This document shows positions 30,132 through 39,562 of a stretch of 64,000 nt of DNA, in pieces. The stretch spans positions 1,056,001 through 1,120,000 of the forward strand of contig CAWCKH010000004.1 of the NCBI GenBank assembly GCA_963796055.1. Direction: 5' to 3'. Below the pieces are notes generated by a model, which ran no database searches, was not told the origin of the DNA, and worked only from the letters and a program-made list of their open reading frames with translations. Source of the DNA: an uncultured delta proteobacterium. Its GTDB lineage: Bacteria > Myxococcota > Myxococcia > Myxococcales > Myxococcaceae. The position numbers and the translations under genes were made by a program. Every line of letters begins with the position of its first letter. Within the stretch, counting starts at the first letter, position 1.

Positions 30132-31871
30132 TCAGGGCGACACCGGCGCCGGGTCCCGCCGGGGGACGCTCTCCAGGCCCGCTCCGCTGGGGAGGACCGC
30201 GATGAACGTCGCGCCCTGCCCGGGCTCGCTCTCCGCCCACAGCCGCCCTCCGTGCGCCTCCACGATGCGGCGGGCGATGTAGAGCCCCAGGCCCTTGCCC
30301 CCCGACTTGGGCTGGGCTTGCCACCCGCGCTCGAAGACCTGCTCCAGCTGGGAGCCGTTGAACCCCCGCCCCGAGTCCCGGACCCAGAGGCGCAGCTCCG
30401 CGGCGTCGCGCGCCGCGCCGACCTCCACCCGTCCGCCGGCGGGGGTGAACTTCACCGCGTTGTTCACCAGGTTGAACAGCACTTGAAGGAGACGCTCCTG
30501 GTCGACGTCCACCAGCAGCTCCTCGGGCCACTGCCGCTGCAGGACGATGCGCCGCTCCTCGGCGTCGACCTGCTGCAGGGCGCACGCCGACTCGAGCACC
30601 TGGGCCAGGTTGCCCCACTGCCGCTTCAACTCCATCGGCCGTCCCTCGTTGCCGGAGGTGTCCAGCACGGTGCGAACGAGGCCCAGGAGCCACTGGGTGC
30701 CCCGGGCGATGGCCGCCAGCGCACGGCCGGAGTACTCGCCGCCCCGGGCCAGTCCTCGCTGGGCGTGCAGCCGGAAGGAGAAAAGGGTGTTCGAGAGATC
30801 GTGGGCCAGCACCGTCAGGATCTCCTCGCGGTCCCGGGTGGCCTCCTCGGCCTGCTTCAGCAGATGCGCGTTCTCCAGGAGCATCGAGGCACGCCGCCCG
30901 AACTCCTGGGCCATCTCCAGACCGAGCTCCTCCCCGCCGCCGCCCACCCCTTGCCGGAGAAGGGCCACCGTCCCGCGCACCACCCCCTGCACCAGCAGCG
31001 GCGCGCAGACCCAGTTGCCGATGACCGGCCACACCGAGCGGAACTCCTGCTCCGGGCTCCAACGGCCGGCGACAGTGGACCCGGCCGAGCGGGTCTGCTC
31101 GCTCTCCGCCCGCAGCTGCTGCCGCAGCGCCTCGAGCTGCTCGCCCTGCATCTTCCGGCGCAGCGGATCCGTCCTCCAGGCCACCGCCTCCTCGCCGCCC
31201 ATCTCCACCCAGCACCCGTCGATGATGCCCGAGGCGCCGGCAGCGGCCAGCTCGTCGATCAGCCGTGGGCCGGCGAGCTGGATCCGGCTCAGCCGCGCGC
31301 CCACCTGGCTGAAGAAGCGCAGGCTCTGCTCGGCGGCGGCGCGGCTGCTGACGTCGATCAGCGCTACCCGGACCCGGGTCTTCTGGCGGTCCGGAGACGG
31401 GAACCCGGGGGAGACCAGCAGCTCGACGGTGTACGCCTCCTGACTGGGCGTGCGCAGGACCAGCTCGGTGCGGCTCTCCTGCTTCCGCTCCACCGCCCGT
31501 CGCAGCGCCGAACGGAAGAGGAGTGGATCGGACAGGGCGACCACCATCTGCAGCCGTCGGTTGAGGAGCAGGCTCCGGTCGTAACCGAGCATCCGCGCCG
31601 CGGCCAGGTTCACCTCGAGGATGCTCCCGTCGGCCTCCAGGGTGAGATAGGCCACCGGGGCGAAGTCGTAGAGGTCGACGTACTTCTGGCGCGACTGCTC
31701 CAGCTGCTCCTGTGCCTCCAGCAGCCCGCGGTTCTGGATGTCCAGCTCGATCTGATGCACCCGGAGCTCGTGCAGCAGCCGGTCGCTGTGGCCCAGCGAG
31801 GCGCGCAGCCGCTCCAGCTCGGCGACGCGGCTCCGCAGGCCGTCCGGGTCGCTCCGGTCCTCGTCGTTCAC
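30132..31871 (-). CDS. PAS-domain sensor histidine kinase
   Basis: ELRVHQIEL...LYDFAP PAS lead-in, AHDL H-box, NAVKF N-box, GLGL; GTGA overlap with the cheBR gene. Confidence 0.92.
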   Translation of the reverse strand: MNDEDRSDPDGLRSRVAELERLRASLGHSDRLLHELRVHQIELDIQNRGLLEAQEQLEQSRQKYVDLYDFAPVAYLTLEADGSILEVNLAAARMLGYDRSLLLNRRLQMVVALSDPLLFRSALRRAVERKQESRTELVLRTPSQEAYTVELLVSPGFPSPDRQKTRVRVALIDVSSRAAAEQSLRFFSQVGARLSRIQLAGPRLIDELAAAGASGIIDGCWVEMGGEEAVAWRTDPLRRKMQGEQLEALRQQLRAESEQTRSAGSTVAGRWSPEQEFRSVWPVIGNWVCAPLLVQGVVRGTVALLRQGVGGGGEELGLEMAQEFGRRASMLLENAHLLKQAEEATRDREEILTVLAHDLSNTLFSFRLHAQRGLARGGEYSGRALAAIARGTQWLLGLVRTVLDTSGNEGRPMELKRQWGNLAQVLESACALQQVDAEERRIVLQRQWPEELLVDVDQERLLQVLFNLVNNAVKFTPAGGRVEVGAARDAAELRLWVRDSGRGFNGSQLEQVFERGWQAQPKSGGKGLGLYIARRIVEAHGGRLWAESEPGQGATFIAVLPSGAGLESVPRRDPAPVSP

Positions 31872-34798
31872 GACGCATCCTTGGGACGGTCGACGAAGAG
31901 AACCATTCGCGCCTGCCCGTTCTCGCCCCTCGGCAAGCGAATGCCGTGCACCCGAAGCTCGGCCTTGCCCTTGCCCACCTTCAGGTCCGCGAAGCTCGTG
32001 CCCGACCGGGACAGCTCGTCCAGCGCGTCGAGCAGCGCCGGGCCGGACACCTGGCCCCTCGCCAGCGCCCCCAGCTCGGAGCCGATGAGCGTCGCCTTCC
32101 CCACACCGAGAAGCTCCCCCGCGGGGTCGTTGGCCCACAGGATCCGGAAACCGTCGTCGAGCAGCAGCACCGGGCTGGGGAACAGCGACAGCGGCGCGAC
32201 CTGTTCCGCGTCGAGCCGGGCCGGGCCGCGCACCACCGGGGCGAGGCTGATCACCGCGCCCCCGATGACGTGATCCACCGTCCGGTAAGGCCGGACCCGC
32301 AGCTCGAACCACCGCCCGTCGGCGGCAAGCACCCCCTGCTGCGCGGGGACCAGCCGGTCGATGACCTGACGGCACACGCGTTCGAGGTCCACCGAGGGGA
32401 AGAACGGCCGGAGGATGGACACCGGCCGGTTGACGTCCTCGCCGGAGAGCCCGAACGCGCTCTCGGCCGCGTCGGTCACCCGGCGGAGCCGCAGGTCCAT
32501 GCCCACCATCAGCACCGGGAGGTCCACCGCGGAGAGGAGATTCAGCAGGTCGTCGTTGCTGACCGAGAGCTCCTCCATCCGGTTCTGCAGCTCGTCGTTG
32601 ACCGTGGTCAGCTCCTCGTTGGTACTCTGCAGCTCCTCCTTGGAGGTCTCCAGCTCCTCGTTGCTGCTCTGCAGCTCCTCGTTGGAGGATTGCAGCTCCT
32701 CGTTGGCGCTCTTCAGCTCCTCGTTGGACGTCTCCAGCTCCTCGACCGCCGACTGGAGGAACTGCTTGGTGCTGGCCAGCTCGTGCTCCAGGGCCTCGGT
32801 GCGGCCGCCCTCGGAGGTGGGTTGGGAGGGGAGAATGGGGTCCTCCGCGTTCCGGTCCTGTTCGTCTTCCCGGAACAGGACCAGCAGGCTGCGGGTGTTG
32901 GTCTCGGGATCGCGCAGCGGGTGCACCTCGATGGAGACCAGCCTGTTCTGCTCGCTGCCGGGCAGGAGGATGGCCCGGCCGGAGATGGGCACGTTTTCTT
33001 GCAGTGCCCGTCCGGTGGTGTTGCGCAGCTCCAGATGCAGCTCGGGGCGGGCGAGCTTGAGCAGATTCAGGGTGGCCGTCCCGGGTTGGGGCTCGAAGTA
33101 CGGTCCGGTGCGCCCGCGGAACTGGAGGATGTCCAGGTGCTCGTTGACCAGGACCCCCGCCGGACCGAAGCGGTCGAGGACCTTGCGGTCCGCGAGCTGC
33201 TGGAGGTTCGCCAGCGGCCGTAGCGGATCGGGCGGCGAGGCGCGCAGGGCACGGGAGTCCCGCAGGGTGACGCCGTCGAGCTCGAACACCCCGGAGCTGG
33301 CGACGCTCTTCTTCACGTAGATGCGGTTCTTCTTGTCCAGCAAGGCGAAGAGCTCGGGGTTGTCGGACACCGTCTCGCTCGAGCCGAGCATGAGGAAGCC
33401 TTCCGGCAACAGGGAGTAGTGGAGCACCCGGAGCACCCGCTTCTGCAGCGGCGGCTGGAGGTAGATGAGGAGGTTCCGGCAGGTGCAGAGGTCCAGGCGG
33501 GAGAACGGCGCGTCACGGGTGAGATCGTGGACCGCGAAGATCACCATTTCCCGCAGCGTCTTCCCCACCTCGTAGCCGGTGTCGCGCTTCTGGAAGTAGC
33601 GCCGGAGCCGCTCCTCCGAGACGTCGGCGGCGATGGTCTTGGGGTACACCCCCACCCGGGCCCGGGCGATCGCCTCGTCGTCCAGGTCGGTGGCGAAGAT
33701 CTGCAGCCGAAATTCCTGGGCACGGTCGCCGAGCGTCTCCAGCAGGCAGATGCCGATGCTGTACGCCTCCTCGCCGGTGGAGCAGCCCGGGACCCAGATC
33801 CGGATCGACTCCCCGGGCTTCTTTCGCTCCAGCAGACGGGGAAACACCAGATCTTCGAGGGCCTGGAACGGCTCGCCGTCGCGGAAGAAGCTGGTGACGT
33901 TGATCAGGAGATCCCGGTAGAGCGTCTTCAGCTCGGCCGGTTGCGCCTGGACCAGCCGGAGGTAGTCGTCGAACCGTTCGACCTTGTTCAGCGCCATCCG
34001 CCGCTCGATGCGCCGCTGGACGGTGGCGTACTTGTAGAGTGACACGTCGGTCCCGAACGCCGAGCGCAGCAGGATGAAGAGCTTCTTCCGGGACTCGTCC
34101 TCCTCGGGGGGAATCGCCCCGCGCGCGACGTAGGGGTGGCGGCTGATGCGGACGATCTCCTGGGCGATCTCGTGTGGCGGGAGCACCGCGTCGGCGCCCA
34201 CCGCGGCTGCCGACGGCATCCCCTGGAACCGGGCGGTCGCCGGATCCTGGGCGAAGGTGAGCCCCCCCGCCTCGCGGATCTCTTGAAGCCCCCGCATTCC
34301 GTCCACGCCCGTCCCGGAGAGCACCACGCCCATGCACCGCGCGCCGCAATCCGCGGCCAGCGAGTGGAAGAAGAAGTCCACCGGCTGCACCGCGGAGCGC
34401 CCTCCCGCCGAAGGCAGGTCCATCAGGTGCAGCCGACCCTGGTACATGGCGAGGTTCGAGCCGGGCGGGATGACGTAGATGTGGTCCCGCTCGACCCGCA
34501 TTCCTTCCGAAGCCTGGAGGACCGGGAGCTGGGTCGCCCGGCCGAGGATGGCGGGGAGATGGCTCTCCTTCTCCGGGGACAGATGCTGGACGATGACGAA
34601 CGCCATCCCGGTGGGACCGAGGCGGCCCACCAGGCTCTCCAGCGCCTCGAGGCCACCCGCCGAGGCTCCGACGCCGACCACGGGGAAGAAGGCGCCGGAG
34701 ACGACCGCCGGGTCCTCCGCGGGGAGCTGCACCGACCCAAGCCCGTCGGCCGGAGGGTCGGCGGGCGGGGCCTCTGGCTCCTTCTCCAGCTCGTTCAT
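31868..34798 (-). CDS. CheB/CheR fusion protein with coiled coil and PAS domains
   Basis: GASAGG, VQHL and GTGVDG (CheB); VTSFFRD, GCSTGEE and CRNLLIY (CheR); NEELQS repeats. Confidence 0.95.
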   Translation of the reverse strand: MNELEKEPEAPPADPPADGLGSVQLPAEDPAVVSGAFFPVVGVGASAGGLEALESLVGRLGPTGMAFVIVQHLSPEKESHLPAILGRATQLPVLQASEGMRVERDHIYVIPPGSNLAMYQGRLHLMDLPSAGGRSAVQPVDFFFHSLAADCGARCMGVVLSGTGVDGMRGLQEIREAGGLTFAQDPATARFQGMPSAAAVGADAVLPPHEIAQEIVRISRHPYVARGAIPPEEDESRKKLFILLRSAFGTDVSLYKYATVQRRIERRMALNKVERFDDYLRLVQAQPAELKTLYRDLLINVTSFFRDGEPFQALEDLVFPRLLERKKPGESIRIWVPGCSTGEEAYSIGICLLETLGDRAQEFRLQIFATDLDDEAIARARVGVYPKTIAADVSEERLRRYFQKRDTGYEVGKTLREMVIFAVHDLTRDAPFSRLDLCTCRNLLIYLQPPLQKRVLRVLHYSLLPEGFLMLGSSETVSDNPELFALLDKKNRIYVKKSVASSGVFELDGVTLRDSRALRASPPDPLRPLANLQQLADRKVLDRFGPAGVLVNEHLDILQFRGRTGPYFEPQPGTATLNLLKLARPELHLELRNTTGRALQENVPISGRAILLPGSEQNRLVSIEVHPLRDPETNTRSLLVLFREDEQDRNAEDPILPSQPTSEGGRTEALEHELASTKQFLQSAVEELETSNEELKSANEELQSSNEELQSSNEELETSKEELQSTNEELTTVNDELQNRMEELSVSNDDLLNLLSAVDLPVLMVGMDLRLRRVTDAAESAFGLSGEDVNRPVSILRPFFPSVDLERVCRQVIDRLVPAQQGVLAADGRWFELRVRPYRTVDHVIGGAVISLAPVVRGPARLDAEQVAPLSLFPSPVLLLDDGFRILWANDPAGELLGVGKATLIGSELGALARGQVSGPALLDALDELSRSGTSFADLKVGKGKAELRVHGIRLPRGENGQARMVLFVDRPKDAS

Positions 34799-34926
34799 CG
34801 ACAGCCCCCGTGACCGACAGTCCCGGGTCCCACCGGGGAAGTCAACTGGGCGGCGTCGCTGTCCAGGCGCCGGTGCCAGTTCATGCCCTGGGCCCATGCT
34901 CCCTCGGGAGGCGGGGCGGGATCCGC

Positions 34927-35184
34927 GTTCATCGCGCCATCGTGGGGATCGGCACGTCCGCCGGCGGAGTGGCCGCTCTGCGCGAGCTCGTCGCTGCCTC
35001 GCCCCCTGAGTTGTCGGCGGCGGGGTTCGCGGTCCTGCACTCGGCGGCCGAGCACGGGAGCAAGCTGGCCGAGCTGACGCTCCAGCACGACGTCCTCCGC
35101 GTCACCCGCAGACCGAAGGAGGATGGGCACCGACCCGGCGGTGGATCCGCTCTTCCGGACCGCGGCCCATGTATCGTTCCCCCG
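34927..35184 (+). pseudogene. N-terminal remnant of a CheB methylesterase domain
   Basis: IVGIGTSAGGVAAL...AVLH...SKLAE; no nearby start codon and no catalytic Asp half. Confidence 0.7.
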
Positions 35185-35186
35185 CC

Positions 35187-35384
35187 ATGCCCCTCAGCGC
35201 CCGCGCGCACGTGGAGGTGGATCGGCTGGCGGCCAGAGGTGACCGCGTTCTGGGCTGGCCGTTCCGCGAGAAGGCGGCGGCGCTGCGCCAGCACGCCGGG
35301 CTCCTCCAGGACCTGCTGCTGCACGGGACGACACTCGACCGGGAGGACCTGGCACTGCTCGACGGTCAGTGGGTGCCCGGGTGA
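35187..35384 (+). CDS. Small hypothetical protein or gene remnant
   Basis: GC3-rich frame; GTGA overlap with the downstream receiver gene. Confidence 0.45.
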   Translation: MPLSARAHVEVDRLAARGDRVLGWPFREKAAALRQHAGLLQDLLLHGTTLDREDLALLDGQWVPG

Positions 35385-35749
35385 CGGGCGGGCCCGAGAC
35401 CGTGCTCCTGGTCGAGGACGGGCCGGACCTGGGGCCCCTGCTCCGGGACACGCTCGAGGAGTGGAACCGGCGGGTCGTGCTCGCCACCACCGGCGGCGAG
35501 GCGCTGGAGGTGCTCGCCCGCGAGCCCGTGTCCCTCGTCCTGCTGGATCACGAGCTCCCCGACATGTCGGCGGGGGAGCTCGTCTCTCGACTTCGCGCGG
35601 AGCAACGGCAGATTCCACCGCTGGTCCTGATGAGCGCCCACCGGTCGCTCCGGGGCGAGCACTGGCCGGAGCTGGTGGAGCTGTTGCAGAAGCCGTTCGA
35701 GCTGTCCGAGCTCGCGGCGCTCCTGGAGCGGCATCTCCCTAGGCGCTGA
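35381..35749 (+). CDS. Single-domain response regulator
   Basis: LLVED, LLDHELP, MSA and KPF motifs. Confidence 0.88.
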   Translation: MTGGPETVLLVEDGPDLGPLLRDTLEEWNRRVVLATTGGEALEVLAREPVSLVLLDHELPDMSAGELVSRLRAEQRQIPPLVLMSAHRSLRGEHWPELVELLQKPFELSELAALLERHLPRR

Positions 35750-35880
35750 GCGCGGGGCGCGTTTGCGACGCAGCACAGCACAGCCGCTGTTCAACCTCTT
35801 TTCATGGCAACTGTACTGGTAGCCCGGGCGGGTCGCCGATAGTTAGGCAGCCTCATCCGACACCCCAGGAGGAGTTCCTC

Positions 35881-37347
35881 ATGGCCGTCGCACGCGCTCA
35901 CAAACCGCTCCTGTTCGAGAAGGTGGCAGCGCGCATGCGCGACGCCATCCACGCGGGCATCCTCGCCGCGGGGGACCGCCTTCCCTCCGTCCGGGAGCTG
36001 AGCCAGCAGGAGAGGGTCAGCATCTCCACCGTCCTGCAGGCCTACCAGCAGCTCGAGGCCTGGGACCTGGTGGAGGCCAAGCCCCAGTCCGGGCACTACG
36101 TCCGGCTCCTCCGCCGTCCTCCCGTTCCCGAGCCCCCGGTGAGCCGGCCCCCGGCGTCGGCGCGCGAGCCCAGCGTCGTCGAGCTGGTCCGGCGCATGTA
36201 CCTGGCCGCGGGCAACGAGCGCATCGTCAACCTCGGCTCGGCGCGCCCCCACTCGAAGCTGCTGCCGACCCGGAAGCTCTCCCGGCTGATCGCCGCGCTG
36301 GCCCGGGAGGCCGGTGGCGTCGGCACCGAGTACGACATGCCGCCCGGCTGGCCCGCGCTGCGCCAGCAGCTCGCTCGCCGGTCGCTGGCCTGGGGCTGCC
36401 AGCTCGGGCCGGACGACTTCGTCACCACCATCGGGGCGGCCGAGGCGGTCCACCTGAGCCTGCTGGCCACCTGCTGCCGCGGCGACATCGTCGCCATCGA
36501 GTCGCCGGCGTACTACGGCACCTTGCAAGTCCTGGAGATGCTCGAGCTCCGGGCGCTGGAGATGCCCACCCACCCCCGCGAGGGCATGCAGCTCGACGCC
36601 CTCGAGGCGGCGATGAAGAAGCAGCCCATCAAGGCGGTGCTCGTGGTCACCAACTTCTCCAACCCGCTCGGCGGCTGCATGCCGGACGAGAAGAAGGAAG
36701 CGCTGGTCCGGATCTGCGAGCGGGCCGGGGTGCCGCTCATCGAGGACGACATCTACGGCGACCTCTACTTCGGGCCGGCGCGGCCGCGGGCGGCGAAGAG
36801 CTTCGACCGGTCGGGCAACGTGCTGTACTGCTCGAGCTTCTCCAAGACCCTGGCCGCCGGGTTCCGGGTCGGCTGGGCGGCCCCGGGCCGGTTCCGCGAG
36901 CGGTTGGAGCTGCTGAAGTTCGCCCAGACCGTGGCCACCCCCACCTTGCCCCAGATGGCCATCGCCGAGTTCCTGCAGCAGGGCGGCTACGACCGCTTCC
37001 TGCGCTCGCTCCGGCGCGAGCTGTCGAAGCAGATGGAGCACATGCGCAACATGGTCTGCAGCAGCTTCCCCGAGGGCACGCGGATGACTCGCCCCGAGGG
37101 AGGCGCCATCCTCTGGGTGCAGATGCCGGCCAGCATCGACGCTCTGAAGCTGCACGAGGAGGCGCTCCGGCGAGGGATCAGCGTCGCGCCCGGACCCATC
37201 TTCTCGTCCACCGGTCGTTACCGGAGCTGCATCCGGGTCAACACCGGGAACCCAGACCTCGAGCAGGTCGAGGCGGCAGTGAGGACCTTGGGGCAGATCG
37301 CCCACCGCCTCGCCGAGTCCGCGCCGCGGCTACAGAAGACCGCCTGA
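35881..37347 (+). CDS. MocR/GntR regulator with PLP aminotransferase domain
   Basis: RLPSVREL wHTH; IEDDIYG and SFSKTL motifs; AGGAGGAG RBS. Confidence 0.95.
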   Translation: MAVARAHKPLLFEKVAARMRDAIHAGILAAGDRLPSVRELSQQERVSISTVLQAYQQLEAWDLVEAKPQSGHYVRLLRRPPVPEPPVSRPPASAREPSVVELVRRMYLAAGNERIVNLGSARPHSKLLPTRKLSRLIAALAREAGGVGTEYDMPPGWPALRQQLARRSLAWGCQLGPDDFVTTIGAAEAVHLSLLATCCRGDIVAIESPAYYGTLQVLEMLELRALEMPTHPREGMQLDALEAAMKKQPIKAVLVVTNFSNPLGGCMPDEKKEALVRICERAGVPLIEDDIYGDLYFGPARPRAAKSFDRSGNVLYCSSFSKTLAAGFRVGWAAPGRFRERLELLKFAQTVATPTLPQMAIAEFLQQGGYDRFLRSLRRELSKQMEHMRNMVCSSFPEGTRMTRPEGGAILWVQMPASIDALKLHEEALRRGISVAPGPIFSSTGRYRSCIRVNTGNPDLEQVEAAVRTLGQIAHRLAESAPRLQKTA

Positions 37348-37450
37348 GCGCCCTCCACGCTGCACGGGACGTCCCCGGGACCCTCGGGGACGCGAACGTG
37401 CCCCGGGAAGGTTACGCTCGTCGCCCGATGACCTTCGGCCGGAGCGCGGT

Positions 37451-38140
37451 GTGACCACCGGGACCGGGACCCTTCCGCGAAGGGCGAGCTTCTGGAGTCC
37501 CCACCGCGCCCTGGGCCGTCTCCTGCTCGCGGTCGCGGTCGGGGGCATCGTCGCGGTGGTCATCCCGGGCACGGCGGGAGGCCCGCTGCGCACCGTGGCC
37601 GCCTGGGACGCCGGGGCCTTGATCCTCCTGGCCCTGGTCTGGCGGATCATCCTCTCCTCCAGTCCGGAAGACACCGCCCGGCGGGCCGCCGGCGAGGACG
37701 TGGGCCGGCGCTTCGTCTGGGCGGCGGTGGTCCTCGGGAGCACCGTCAGCGTCTTCGCCGCCAACGTGGCGCTCCGGAACGCCCGGGTGATGGCTCCGCG
37801 GGCGCAGAGCGAGCTGACCCTGCTCTGCCTTCTCGCCGTCGCCACCGCCTGGTGCCTGTGCCACACCACGTACACCATGCACTACGCGCACCTGTACTAC
37901 CGGGACGACGGCGACCTGGGAGGCCTGGGCTTTCCCGGGACCGAGATGCCTTCCCTGCTCGACTTCGCCTACTACGCCTTCACCATCGGGATGTGCTTCC
38001 AGGTGTCGGACGTGACGGTGACCCAGCACCGCATGCGGCAGGCGACCCTGGGGCACGCGGTGCTGTCGTTCGCCTTCAACACCGCGGTGCTGGCGCTGGC
38101 GCTCAACCTCCTCTTCGGCCAGCTGACGCCGGCGGGGTAG
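37451..38140 (+). CDS. DUF1345 membrane protein
   Basis: HYAHLYY...FPG...DFAYYAFTIGMCFQVSD motif. Confidence 0.88.
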   Translation: MTTGTGTLPRRASFWSPHRALGRLLLAVAVGGIVAVVIPGTAGGPLRTVAAWDAGALILLALVWRIILSSSPEDTARRAAGEDVGRRFVWAAVVLGSTVSVFAANVALRNARVMAPRAQSELTLLCLLAVATAWCLCHTTYTMHYAHLYYRDDGDLGGLGFPGTEMPSLLDFAYYAFTIGMCFQVSDVTVTQHRMRQATLGHAVLSFAFNTAVLALALNLLFGQLTPAG

Positions 38141-38227
38141 AGGCGCGCCCCGGCGCCGCAGGGGACGGTCGAACCACCGCGGCGAATGGTGCAATGGTGG
38201 GGTGTACCCTCCGTCGCGGGAACACCC

Positions 38228-39562
38228 ATGACCGCCCTGCTCGCCGCCCTCGTGCTCGCCGCCTCGCCTCCGCTGGTCCAGTTCGAGACCTACACCTTGC
38301 CCAACGGCCTCACCGTGGTCCTCGCCCCGGACCACCGGCTGCCCACCGTGGGCGTCAACCTCTGGTACCACGTGGGCGCCGCGAACGAGACGGCGGGCCG
38401 CAGCGGCTTCGCCCACCTGTTCGAGCACCTGATGTTCCAGGGCTCCAAGCACCGCGCCGGCAACGAGCAGGACTTCGCCGGGCTGCTCCAGTCTGCAGGC
38501 AGCTCGGAACTCAACGCCAGCACCTGGAACGACCGGACCGACTACTTCGAGACCTTGCCCGCCAACCGGCTCGAGCTCGCGCTGTGGCTGGAGAGCGAGC
38601 GGATGGCCTTCCTGCTCGACGGGCTCGACCAGGCCAAGCTCGACACCCAGCGGGAGGTGGTCCGCAACGAGCGCCGCCAGAGCGTGGAGAACACGCCCTA
38701 CGGCAAGGCCGAGGTGCGCATCGTCGAGCTGCTCTTCCCGAAGCCGCACCCTTACTACGGCGTGGTCATCGGCTCGCACGAGGACCTCCAGGCCGCCACG
38801 CTCGCCGACGTGAAGTCCTTCTTCCGTACCTTCTACGTCCCGGCCAACGCCTCGCTGGTCATCGCCGGGGACCTCGATCCCGCCCAGGCGCGTGCGCTGG
38901 TGGAGAAGTACTTCGGGCCCATCCCCCGCTCGCCGAAGCCGCCCGCTCCCACCGTGCAGACGGTCCCCGTCACGCGGCAGGTACGGGAGACCCTCACCGA
39001 CGACGTGCAGCTGTCGCGCATCTTCGTCGGGGTCATCGCCCCGCCCGCCTGGACCGACGAGGGCTTCGCCTACGACGTGGTCCAGGAGATCCTCGCCGGA
39101 GGGAAGACCAGCCGGCTGTACCGTTCGCTGGTCTTCGACCGCCAGGTGGCCCAGGAGGTGGACATGGCCACCGACAAGAGCACCTTCGGCAGCCCCTCGG
39201 AGATCCGGGTGACGGTGTCGCCCGGGCACCTCGCGGCCGAGGTGGAGACCCTGCTCGACGCCGAGGTGGACCGCCTCGCCACCGCACCGCCCACCGAGGC
39301 GGAGCTCCGCCGCGCCCAGCGGAACATCGAGGCCCGGCTCTACCGCGGCCTCGAGCGGCTGAACGGGACCGGCAGCCGGGCCGATCTCCTGAACGCCTTC
39401 CAGATGTGGCGCGGGGATGCGGGCTTCGTGAACCAGGTGGTGGCGCGGTACCGCGCGGTCACCCCGGCCCAGGTCCAGGAAAGCGCCCGCCGCGTCCTCG
39501 CCCGCGACGCCCGGGTGGTGCTCACCGTCAATCCCCCCGCCCCCACCGCCTCGGCCCGATGA
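38228..39562 (+). CDS. M16 (pitrilysin) peptidase, catalytic subunit
   Basis: GFAHLFEHLMF (HxxEH) and VVRNERR motifs. Confidence 0.94.
   Translation: MTALLAALVLAASPPLVQFETYTLPNGLTVVLAPDHRLPTVGVNLWYHVGAANETAGRSGFAHLFEHLMFQGSKHRAGNEQDFAGLLQSAGSSELNASTWNDRTDYFETLPANRLELALWLESERMAFLLDGLDQAKLDTQREVVRNERRQSVENTPYGKAEVRIVELLFPKPHPYYGVVIGSHEDLQAATLADVKSFFRTFYVPANASLVIAGDLDPAQARALVEKYFGPIPRSPKPPAPTVQTVPVTRQVRETLTDDVQLSRIFVGVIAPPAWTDEGFAYDVVQEILAGGKTSRLYRSLVFDRQVAQEVDMATDKSTFGSPSEIRVTVSPGHLAAEVETLLDAEVDRLATAPPTEAELRRAQRNIEARLYRGLERLNGTGSRADLLNAFQMWRGDAGFVNQVVARYRAVTPAQVQESARRVLARDARVVLTVNPPAPTASAR

Noticed and set aside
32590..32740. 21-bp periodic sequence in the cheBR gene
   Set aside because: It encodes the standard NEELQS heptad coiled coil of CheB/CheR fusions.
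37362..37401. GC hairpin after the MocR gene as a terminator
   Set aside because: No poly-U tail; support is weak.
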